64,000 nt of DNA. Origin: Podarcis erhardii. Lineage: Eukaryota. Below, piece by piece: positions 1-11,100 of this stretch. The notes beneath the pieces were generated by a model. That model searched no databases, had not been told where the DNA came from, and worked only from the letters and a program-made list of their open reading frames with translations. A program made the translations under genes and the position numbers. The first letter of the stretch is position 1, and each line of letters starts with the position of its first letter. The stretch lies in assembly GCA_964252035.1 (NCBI GenBank), contig OZ176213.1; one strand, written 5' to 3'.

Positions 1-10
1 AAGGGATTAC

Positions 11-40
11 CTGAGTGTGGGCAGGTAAGAGGCAAGGAGG
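11..40 (-). CDS. Candidate exon 3 (30 nt) of unidentified divergent gene
   Basis: Minus strand acatttccag|CCTCCT...ACTCAG|gtaatc; phase 0-0, encodes PPCLLPAHTQ, in frame with candidate exons 1 and 2. Inference only. Confidence 0.3.
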
Positions 41-545
41 CTGGAAATGTAAATATCAGACTTTGAAAAGCTGGTATCACTGGATCAAGTTCAACAGCTT
101 TGCTGAATTAATTAAACTAAAACTATTTTTAAATTAATTAAACTAAATTATTTATTTATTGTTAAATTAATCGAACTAAAATTGGATTTTGAATAAATGT
201 GCAATTAATTGTTACAATTTGGAATTTGATTGTTATTATCTTCCTTCATGGGTCATGCAAACCACCATTATGAATCATGCTATTTATTGGGAAGGCTAAG
301 GGCAGTGGGAATGAGTTTATGGAACCAAGAGCGCGGTGGCCCCCAAAAAGTTTAGGATCCACTGCAATAAACTCTATGTGGGGCTACCCTTAAGAGTGAC
401 CTGCAAGTTAAAGCCAACGCAAAATGTATTAGCTGGCATACTGTTGTCACACATGTTACAGTGTGCTTAAAAGAGCCTCATGCTAGCTGCCAATAAATTA
501 CTGGATCAGGGATAAGTTCCAACTTATAATACCCTAAACAGGTAC

Positions 546-680
546 CTGAAGGATTGCCTTCTTTCCTATCTCCCTGTCTGGCAGCCAGGACTGTCTGGTG
601 AGGCCCTCAGATCCCATGGGTCGTAAGCAAGGGGAAGAAGGCCTTTTGGGTAGCAGCCCCCTCTCTTTGGAATCCTCTTC
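546..680 (-). CDS. Candidate exon 2 of unidentified divergent gene
   Basis: Minus strand gtctctgaag|GAAGAG...CTTCAG|gtacct; 135 nt, open, phase 0-0 (EEDSKERGLL...KKAILQ); donor is weak. Confidence 0.35.
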
Positions 681-1018
681 CTTCAGAGACATACAGGCAA
701 GTGCCAACCCCAGAATCAATTGGGCCTCTGCTAAAAACGCATTTATTTCCTCTGGCTAGTCATTAGTGACAGTGGGCTGTAAAAGTAAGTTCTCGTAAAA
801 ATTAGAAATTAAAATTTGTACATTTTAAAGTGCGCACTCTGACACACTTGGCTGCTGGTTTAGTTTGTGCTGCAGTCTCAATACATTTTTAGCACCTTGT
901 CGTTTCAGACGAAAGGAGGTTCGTAAGTTTAAACTGTTCTCGGTTTATTGTTGATTTTATGTGCTGAATGATTTACAGAGCTGCTTTTGGGGTTTTTTGT
1001 TTTTAATTTTTATCTTAC

Positions 1019-1204
1019 TGCTTTCTTCTCTTCGTACACTCCTTCAAGGTTTCGGTTTTCTTTTGAAACTCCCCCTCCTCCAACTGCGAGGCAAGCCGGG
1101 TCCTGGGCCGCGAAAGACCTCCCGCCCCGGGAAGCCTGGATGGGGACGGGGCTGGGGAGCCACTGACCGTAGACCTCCAGGGCCCACTCCTGCTCCTGCT
1201 CCAT
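1019..1204 (-). CDS. Candidate first coding exon of unidentified gene divergent from SPG11
   Basis: Strong Kozak gccgccgctgccATGG at 1204 inside the CpG island; 62 open codons (MEQEQEWALEVYGQW...YEEKKA) ending at donor GCA|gtaaga followed by AT-rich sequence. Product not recognised. Confidence 0.5.
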
Positions 1205-2160
1205 GGCAGCGGCGGCGGTTCTGATCGGGGCCTCGGGCCGGTGGTGGGCCTGGTGGTCGTCCTCCTTCTCCCGGGCCTCATGCCCCCCGCTAGAGAGCGC
1301 CCGCCAGAGCAGCCCCAGCGACAGCATCCCGCCCCGAGCCAAGCCCGCTCGCAGCCTCCATCAACCGGCCCGCCTGCAGTCCCTCAGGCGGCCCTCGCGG
1401 GCACTTCCGGTCTCGGGGTGGGTGGGGCGCTCCACAGGCAAAGCGACGCTGTACTGTACTCACAAACGCGCCCTCTTCCCCACCAAGACTACATTTCCCG
1501 CCGTCCAACGCGCTCGCTCGACCGGCTTTCCGCGCAGCGAGGACTACATTTCCCGACTCGCAACGCTCTCACTCGCCGCCCGGAGTGCGGCAGCTTATCC
1601 CCGCGAGGCATTCTGGGAAGGTTAGTCCGAAGGAAGAGCGTCGGCCTCCGCCCTTCCGGCTTTCGTTCTGTTGTTGCGGCTCTGCCCCAAGATGGCGGCG
1701 GCCGCGGTAGGTTTCTGAGGAGACCCACGGACCCGGCGGTCGCGGTTCTCTCAGGGATAAAGAGGAGAATGGCGGCGTCGGAGGCTGGGTCGCTTTGCGT
1801 TCTCCTGCAGCCGTTCCGCAGCCCCAGCCAGGGCATCACCCGGGCCAAGCTCAGCGGCGGCCGAGACGCGCTGGCGACCGTGACGGGGGCGGAGCTGCGC
1901 CTGACGGGGCTGGTGTCAGCCCGGCTCGACGGCGGGCAGGACTGGCCCAGCGGGGACGGCAGTATCGCCCTGCCCGGCGCCTGGGAAGAGTAAGTGGGGG
2001 TGGAGCAAGAGCCGGGCCTGCGGGGGCCCAAGTCCAGCGTCGACCCTCCCCCCATAGAGAGAAGCAGGTGACGGACTCGACCCCCGCCTCCCCCAGCGAC
2101 AGCGCCCCACACCCCATTTAAAAACGTTTCGTAGTCGGAACAGCCGGTCAGGCACCCACC
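1085..2160. promoter_or_regulatory. CpG island / bidirectional promoter of SPG11 and the divergent gene
   Basis: Very GC- and CpG-rich; GACTACATTTCCCG at 1487-1500 and 1542-1555, inverted variant at 1613-1627 (ZNF143/SBS-type); CTTCCGG ETS-type motifs; AAGATGGCGGC YY1-type motif at 1689-1699. Confidence 0.85.
1769..1989 (+). CDS. SPG11: SPG11 exon 1
   Basis: MAASEAGSLCVLLQPF...LPGAWE; donor GA|gtaagt. Confidence 0.85.
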
Positions 2161-5100
2161 CACATGGTGATCTCAGAGGCTAACTTACTACAGTATTGCT
2201 TTTGAAGCAAATCAATCCTTCTCTGCAGCAAAAGGGTGTTTGTCCCCACGTAAATGTCGGGGCAGCAGAAGCAAACGCTGTTTGGGTTTTTTTTGCATAA
2301 AATTGATTGTAAAAAAAAAAAAGAGGCCTCAAAGCGGTTTACAAAAAAAGAAAGATAAACCAGTGAAATTATTAAGAAAAATTAACCATGATTTTAAGTT
2401 TTTGAAAAGTTAAAATAACAGTTTAGACTGAAACAGATTAAAGGCTTGCATCAAGTTTCTAAGCATCGGAGTATGCTTGACTAGACAGTGTTTTTAGCAG
2501 GCACCAAAAGGTTTATGTGTTATGAACGGAAAAAAAAAAAAAAAACTTATGAAAAGAGTACAGTGAAGGTGCCTCCCACACTAACAGTTTGAGTTCTTAC
2601 AAAGGTGTTATTATGTGGCACCTGAAACAGTACCAATTCCGCTGATTGCTTCAGCACATATGGGTTTGTTGCTGTGTTCATGATGGTGCATTGATAAAAG
2701 AAGAAGAAGAGTTTGGATTTGATATCCCGCCTTTCACTCCCTTTAAGGAGTCTCAAAGCGGCTAACATTCTCCTTTCCCTTCCTCCCCCACAACAAACAC
2801 TCTGTGGGGTGAGTGGGGCTGAGAGACTTGAGATAAGCGTGACTGGCCCAAGGTCACCCAGCAGATGCATATGACCTCAGTATTATCATCGTTAGGTCTC
2901 ACCAACCTTTTTTGGCCCTTTAGCACCTTTGCAAATCAGAGGAATTGTCTTGGATACTCCTCCCACCCTGCATTGCAACTAAGGACACACCACACAAACT
3001 ATCCTGTTGGTTCTTTAAAACCTCATTTTAGGAGAGGGGGCTGGAGACACATCAGCAAAAGCCTCTGTTGGCAACTCTTGAATGTGGAAGTAGTTGTAAA
3101 GCATGGATTGTGCCGCCACCCCCCCCCCCATTACTGCCCAGTTTCACTTGAATCAACCACTTCTCTGGCTCAGCATACCATTTTGCAACAGCCCCACCTG
3201 CTGTGAGGCTTTGAACCTCCATGTAAAATGAGCTGTCAGAATCTACAGTTCCCCAGTTCACCTTCTGGTCCCTTCCTACTTCTGTTGATAAGAAATTGAG
3301 TTGCTTGTAATTTTTCTTTGGATAAATAGGATGTATTACTATTCTTGTTAGAGAAATAGACAAAATTGTAAACCCCAGCAGATTATTATTGGTTTCACTC
3401 CCTAGAGTTTTTGTTTCATTGATTGTATGTTGGTTGTCTTTTTCAACTGTTGTGTTCTTCTAAGATTTTTGGTCATTTTTTGTGCAAGTGGACAGTAATG
3501 TAATTCAGTTAAGTAATTTATTTCTGAAAGGCACAGCATGCTTCAAATTTCAAAGAACAACAATTGGGGGTATGGCTCATGTATTAAGTATTGTTTTCCT
3601 AGCTTCACATGGGAGAGTGTGGAAGATGAGGACCTTCCAGTGGACAGTCTTAAACTGCTTGCTGTCAGTAAGACCCATGAACTTCTCGTATATGAAATTA
3701 ATCTAGAGGTTGGAAAATGTGATGCAACACTCTTGCAGAGCTGCAGTGAAGATACGCAGAAGCAGCTCATCAAACGTAAAAATATTAGTGAGTATAACAT
3801 TCATTCAAGATGTAAAATACTAGTTTATTAATTTGTTTATTGATTTGGAGGCCATTCTTCAGCAGTGTCTAGAAAACAAAATATGTTATATGGTATCTAT
3901 TGCAGACCTTAGCCCATGAGTTGCAACTTGCTCTAGACAGGTAATGCTTATAAACGTTGGTGGGGCTATTTCAAACATTGAATGCAGACGGCCTGACTTT
4001 TGCCACTTTTGGGATGGGTGACCTATTTATCTTTATTGGGACTGTGCTGTATCACTTGTTTCTCTGCACCTATTGTTACTGCATCTTAGAATATGAAAAT
4101 ATCCCTTTTGCCCTCGTCATGCAGGTTTATCTTCAATCACCTCTTTGAGAGTGCTGTCATTTAAAAATGGTAAAGCTTTGATGCTGCTCAACAACTGTAT
4201 TATTGCACAACTTGCTTTTCTTGGAGGCGAACTGAAAGCAGAAAAGTTGGAGGATTGCTTTCTTCTTGATCTGTCATCAGAAGCTCTGGAAAGGATAGTA
4301 GATGTTGCCTTTTGCAGAGGTGTTATTTTCTTGTTAGAGGAATCTGGGTGGATATGTATCCTTTTAAATTGAGTTTTAACATCCTGCCCTTCCTCCAGGA
4401 CAGAGTGGTTTGCAAAATAAATGTATAATATAAGCAGTAAAATAAAACACTAGCAGATAGTTCTCTGTGTTGCTCAGTAATTCTTAAGAAACAGACAAAT
4501 ACTGAGATACATAAATAGATATTTTTGTTGTTGTTTGTCTCTTAATAAATAAAGTGCTAGCCTTAATACAAACAGTCCAGGATCAAAACAGTCCAGAAAC
4601 AGTCCAGGATCAAAAAAGGTCAAAACCCATAAGATCACAAGGCAAGTCAGGATGCTAATGCAAGGATTTTGTTCAAGCACTCTGCCAGCAACTGGAGACT
4701 TTTAACCAGGAAGCTTCAGAGCTCCACCCAGAGCACAGCTGGAGGCCATCTGGATTGCCTGAGGCAGTGATTTTCAAACAGTGTGCCATGGCACCCTGGG
4801 GTGCCTTGAAGGATGGTCAGGAGTGCTGTGATGTCTTTGCCTCCCAGAGCCTTGCACAGCTGTTGTAGCAGCACTGGCTACAAGCTTCCCAGGCAAATTG
4901 TGCCTCTGGGGCTGGCCATGGGGAGCTGGTTGCCAGGGGCTGAGGCAACCTTGGAGTAAGCAAGCAAGTGGGCGAGGGAGCCCAGCCAGCCAGCCAGTCT
5001 TCCAGGCCTTGCTGATGGGAATGGACAGACAAGTCCTAGGCCCCTGTGGGGCAGTGGAAGGAGGCACCTCTTTTGGGGGTGGGGGGCAGCTCAGAGACCA

Positions 5101-8100
5101 TGGGCAGCAGGTTCAGCTCCCCAGAGGACTCCCAAGGAGAGGGGAGAGGAGAGGAGAGAAGAGGAGGCTGAGGGAACACTCCACAAGGCAGGGTGTTTGA
5201 AAAGGGGTGAGAGGTTGCCAGCTTTGTCGGCAAGGGGTGACATAGCTGGACTCCTGAGCCCCCATGGGTGCCGCAGAAAATGTAGTTAGTCAAGAGAGCC
5301 ATGGACTCAAAAAGGTTGAAAACCTCTGGCCTGAGAAGTTTGGTCTTCTCATGAGGAGGAGCTTCTTCACAAGTAACACTTTATTTTCAAGGAGTCCTTG
5401 TTCTTTGGGTGGGTGTACCTGTACCTTTATCCGCCAGCATGTCACCAGACTTGGTGCTAACTAAGCCTCTGCCTCTGATTCTTTGCAGGGGCCCTCTCTG
5501 TCTTGCAGAGAAGATTGGGATGCTCTGATACCTGAAGGTCCCAGATCCCCCTGCTCTGTCTCACTGTGCACTGACACAGCCTGTTTCTCTTTCATTCTTG
5601 TTTTGTGGAGCACCAAATCTTTCTGTGAAGAGGATTGTTCTAGCCATGTGCCTGACAGTTGCAATATCTTAAGAGGTGTCCAAATGCATGCAGTTTGGAA
5701 TGGTTCAGTCTACTATTTTGATTTGAAACAGTGCCCAGTAGTCTTGCACATTAGGTCTAAGTACACTTGCATAAGATTGCTGTGTCAGGATGGTGGGTTT
5801 TCCTTTGTATGTGTGCCTGTTCATGTGACTCAGAAAGTGTCTTTCCTTGACATTGTTGCAAAGATATTTTCGATGCTACGGATGGTGCCTACCTTGCCCA
5901 TGTTGATGTCTCCCTCTATCAAACAGAGGGGCAAGATGAGAAGCGTCTGGACATCCTGTCTTCTCTTACACTGTTAAATATATCCCATGATCTCAGTGTT
6001 GCTGTGGTTGCCAACAGCTCCAGTTGTGTCGTGGCTATTGACCTCCATGTATACTTCAAGTAGGTTCACCACAATATGCTATAAAGTGGTATTGGGCAGG
6101 CAGATTTTCACTTTTTAAATTCTTTGCCAGTTCTAGCTTTTCCTCTCTCGCTCTCTCTCCCGAAAAGTTTGATGGTCCTGCTCTCATGAAACATTTAGGA
6201 AAATGGTTAAAACTTTTTATTGTGCTGGGTGTTTGTGGTCTTAATCTCACTTTCTCCCCCTGCTGCTTAAATTGCTTTCAATGACTTTTTAATGCTCACT
6301 TTATTGTTATAATTTATTGTCAGTGAAAATTCAATTTTTTTTTAGATTAACTGTTATAGGGAACTTTTTGAGGGTTGAAAAGTGGAGTTGAAATCATCTT
6401 ATTTATAAATAAACACTTCCCCCCCGCAGAGAATATCCTGAGCATTTAATTTGCAAGAAAAACTTTGACAACCTTCCTGTAGAACAGTTGGAGGGGACAG
6501 ATGAGGATGACCTCAGAAGTTCAGATTACAGCATGAAACTTATGCAGCATCCATTTCGGACTGACAGGTATGTCTATAGAACTTCTGCCTTGCATCATTA
6601 ATCTATGTGGAAAAGAGGGATATGTTTGTTCAGTCCTACTTTCCACTTTAGCTCTCTGGTTCCTGCTGTTACTGCTGATACTGCTGGTAAAACAGCTTTA
6701 GAACGTTAGGATGAATTAGTATAAGCTTAGACATGTGGCATCATTTCCAAATAGATGCACTAGTATGTCTAAACACCGTCCTCCCCAGGACTAGTTTGCA
6801 GTTGTTTTGATGGCAAGAAACTATTTATACTTATCCAATCTGTTTATCTGTATTAAAAATCCTTTTCATTCAAGCAATACAACTATAGATAATTCATAGA
6901 TTCATTGTTGAAAATGTTGGTGTGATTTTTCTCCTTTTTCCAGATCCTGGAAGGCACATTTGTCTTCATTGTTTGACACAACAAAAGGATCTAATTCTTC
7001 AAATTTGGCAGCCAACGTTTTCCTGCCTTGGTGTCAGTATCCTTTGCATCTAGAGCACTGTGACTGTAAGACTCGTGAAGCTTCTGAGGCCTCCTTTCTG
7101 CATGATGCTGCTCATGTTCTTTCAAACTCAAGAAGAAAAGATCCCCAAAACACAGGCAAAAGAGACAGACTATGGAAGAGCATAGATTTAGGAGGACTAG
7201 AAGATGGTGTTAAACTCGAGTGTAAATCTGTGACAGGATTTAGTGCATTGTTCACTCTCTCAAGTGAGAGTGAAGGACTGATTCTTCTTCTGTGGGATTT
7301 GGAGACCCAAGACGTGATGCGTTCTTGTGTGGGCAAAAATTCATTTTTTGTGGAGTGTAACAGAGAAGAGCAGTTATGTCCCATCCTTTCAGGTGAGCAT
7401 CTTTTAGTTGCAAATAAAAACCAAAGCCTGCAGTCTAGAAAACAGAAGCATTTATTTGTTTGTAAGTACTGACACCATTGAGGGTGATGCAAGAAGATTG
7501 CATTCAGTCTCATAAAGTACCATATAGATCATGTTTGATATGACAGGTGAATAAGTTCTTCTTTTATTTATTATAACCCTTAGAGCCCGGCCTCTCCTTG
7601 GTTCTGTTTGGCTTGACTCAAGAGGAATTCTTGAATAGACTGATCATCCATGGAAGTGCTGGCACTGTAGATTCTCTTTGCCAGCTCAATGGATGGGGAA
7701 GATGCTCTATTCCCATACATGCCTTGGAGGTAAAGAAACACTTGTGGCCCTTGAGGTTCTGTGCCTCCCACATCTCCCAGTGCTGGAAGTGGTGGGATCT
7801 TGCAACTGGCAGGGGATTCTTTTTTCTTTTTCTTTTTGACAGCCTCAAATGTTTACTTTGAGCTTATCTAACCTGCAGCCTTTGCAGGCTACGTGGAAAG
7901 GGCACCTCCCAAAGTAATATACAGAGCTGCTGCCATGTGGATAAATTGTGGAGCATGACAAAACTGACTGCTCTTGATGACTCTGTCCTCCAGCCCTAGT
8001 TTTTTATTCTGCTGCAGTATTTGTGGCATGAGGTGATCCTTCTTTTCCTGATTTGTGCTGCACATCCTATCTAGGAAAGTCCTCCTCTCACAAAAAGACA

Positions 8101-11100
8101 AATGGAAGTTCTTACCTGCTGGGCATCTATTTTTCTGATAGATAGAAGAACATTCCACTCTCCTTCATGAAGCCTCACTTATGGGTCCATAGTGGAATAG
8201 TGCTTGGGGAAAATAGGCTTTCTTGTCTTGTTTCATGACTTTTTGGCTTATTTAATTGCATTCTTGCGTGGATGCTTTTTATTTTTTTATTTTTGCAATA
8301 CTTTGTTCTTGCCTTGCTGTTTAACCATCCTGAAAATTGGTAGAAAGTAACTTTTCAATCCGCAAAAAGAATATTAGTCCCTTAGTTAAGAACTTCTGTT
8401 TCTACATGTTGCTGCATTTTTAACAGTGATTCTGTTGTTGCTGTTTAGGCTGGCTTAGAGAACCGTCAGTTGGACACAGTGGATTTCTTTTTAAAGAACA
8501 AAGAGAATATTTTCAGTCCCTCAGCAACTTGCTCCTTACAAGATCAGCCTGCAAGCACTATGTCAGATTTTTACTTGAAGAGTAAGTAAAACAATGCAAA
8601 TGCTGAAATGGACATTGCTTTGACACAGACCTTCGCAAAGCATAGTGTAGTCTTCCCCTGCCTGATGCCTTCCAGATATTTTGGACTACGTTTCCCATCA
8701 GCCCCAGCCAACATGGCCATATGTTGCCGAGACTGATGGCAATCCAAAACATCTGGAAAGTTCCATGTTAGGAAAGGCTGGTGTAGTGAAGGTGAAAGAA
8801 ATTCACTGTGGTACAGCTCGTGTGAAATTAATGCTGCACAAGCCGCATAGAAAATAATGAGAGCTCTATAAGGGCATACTATGTTCAGCGAAGCATTCTT
8901 GGGAGAGATGGAATATGCACTGTGTTTTCAGAAAGCGCAATGGGGTACATGGATGCCATATAAAAGATGGAGGCAAGCTGTGCTTTCTTTTCTGCGAATC
9001 CTTTTTTGTGGCGGGGGGGGGGGAGGACATTTTAAAGCGATCTTCTGGTCATTTCCTGCTTTTTCTCACACAGGCATGGAAGAGCTTACACCAGCCTTAG
9101 ATTTGCTTTGTATGGCAATCCGAGAAAATGATTTGGAAGCACAGAGCAAGCATTTCTCAGAGCAGCTGCTGAACCTCACCTTGTCTTTCCTTAACAAACA
9201 GCTCCGTGAAATTTGTATCCACAGAGAAGGTAACGGTTGTGCTTGTGTTGCTTGAATTATCATCATGCTCTGCATTTCCCCTGTAACGGGCCATGAAACC
9301 TTTCTATTATTTGAGCTATTTTCATGTGCAAGCTGTGTGCTCCTGCATGTGACCTTTTTTAAAAAAAACCCCAACACCTCTCCAGTGGTGATATTTGATG
9401 AGAGAAGAGGAGGAGCAATTCAGGCCTCAGCTCAGTGAATAGTGTAGAATTGTTTTCTCCCATTAGCGTAATGTCCAAATCCTATACACACATACTTGGA
9501 GGTGTGCCCTTTTGGACTCCGTGGGATGTGCTCGTGAATAAACACACAGACAATCATAGTCACTGTATGGGCTGTAAAGCTGTCATTCGTAAAACGATTA
9601 AGTCAGTTTTCCAGGATTTAAGCTGACTTAACAACATAGTCCTTTGGACTAGCTGGACCAGCACCTGTACTGGGTCAGGAGGGGTCAGTACCTTATAGTC
9701 AGTTCATACTGTGGGCTTTGGCACTTTTGCATATTGTGTGCTTCTCTCTAATCTATATTTGGACTCCTTTGTCATCCTGTTGATGACTGAGTGCACCTGT
9801 GTGAGTGGCCCGGTGAGTGGCCCAGGCAGGCTTCCCTGTGTTCCTGCTGTCACTGTCACCACTGGTAATGAGGAGAGGAATGAAGGGGAGAACGTCTTTC
9901 TCCCCCTCTGCACCAGTGCAAGCGGAACAGGATGTCGTGGGATATATCTTTGAATATGTTAATGTTCATTGGGCTGCCCTTAGTGTTGCAAGTCTCCCAG
10001 GGAGATGTTTTCATTTGTTCCTTCCATTAAATGTATTCCTGATATTCTTCACAGAACTGGATGAAAATCTGGACAGATGTGTTGCTATTTTAACCAGCTA
10101 CATCAATAAACTTAGGATGTTTATGATAAAGTTCCCTCACAAGCCTTCCAGCATCATCAGCTTCACGGGCAATCTTGAAGAAGACGTGCCCTGCGTAGAA
10201 CAAAGCCAGAAGTGGGAAAAGTTCAATACAGAGGTAACTGGAGCATCAGTTTCAACAACTCCTGAGCATACTGTATATTGTCCAAGACATTGTGTCTGTT
10301 TGCTAAACAATTTCATTATCCCAAGGAAAAATTAGTGACCCAAAGCCACGTTTATGGCAGAATCCAGTCATAGTTAAGCATTTGGAAGTCCTGTTGATTT
10401 CAGTGAGAGAGCTAGAGACTGTGTGCCAAACACTCCCATTGAAATGAAAGGCAGGTAGCACAATAAAAGCATTAACTTGGTTTGGAGCAACTTTTGAAAA
10501 GTTGTGTGCTAAGGAAGGATTTGAAAGTACAACTTGATAGTATAGCAATGGAAGACTATGTTGAGTTCTGGCTGCCTCATAACAGAAAAGGATATCCTGG
10601 AACTGGAAAATATCTAAGAAGGGCTACCAGAATGATCAAGTGGTAGCATGGAGGGAAAGTAGCAAGAAAGACATTTCCCCCCTTCCTCATAATCATAGAA
10701 TTGTAGGGTTGAAAGGGACCCCAAGGGTCATCTAGTTCAGCCCCCTGCAATGCAGGAATCTCAGCTAAAGCAGGCGACTTCCTGTGTTTTTAAGACTGAG
10801 TTGTGTGCCCTTGACAACTTCCACCCACTTCTCCTCCGCCATTCCCTAACTTGCCTCTCCTAATCCTTCAGGAAAGAGGTTGAATGTCAGGCGTGGTGCT
10901 TTTCAAAAGCAGCTAGTTGCATTGCATGCCTTTCTTTGCTCTTTCAGCAAACGGTTGCTGAAGCCATATTAAACAACAAGCTCCCGGAGGCTCAGACCTT
11001 CTTCCGGATGGTGGGTAACCCTGCCCAGAATCTTAAGGTGCTGACCCAGATAGGACTGGATCTGGTGTACAAAAGCCTTCTGAAGGATGATGTCAAAGAA

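Noticed and set aside
1-630. Alternative + strand exon pair (donor cag|gtaaga at 25, acceptor at 541) reading RDYLSVGR-YLKDCLLSYLPVWQPGLSGEALRSHGS*, possibly the end of an upstream co-directional gene such as PATL2
   Set aside because: No resemblance to the PATL2 C-terminus as I recall it; the site caggtacctg is palindromic, so splice-like signals appear on both strands. Not excluded without the upstream window.
1707-1754. Apparent GT...AG mini-intron after the upstream ATG
   Set aside because: 48 nt is below the usual vertebrate minimum, and splicing would give an immediate stop (GGA TAA).
1241-1768. 250-aa ORF extending SPG11 exon 1 upstream, and other long ORFs over the CpG island
   Set aside because: The extension has no ATG start, runs through the promoter motifs and is expected in GC-rich sequence; homology starts at ATG 1769.
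4540-5576. Possible decayed LTR (cagtccaggatcaaaa repeats, ends ctgaca) around the hAT element
   Set aside because: I could not find the 5' boundary or a TSD.
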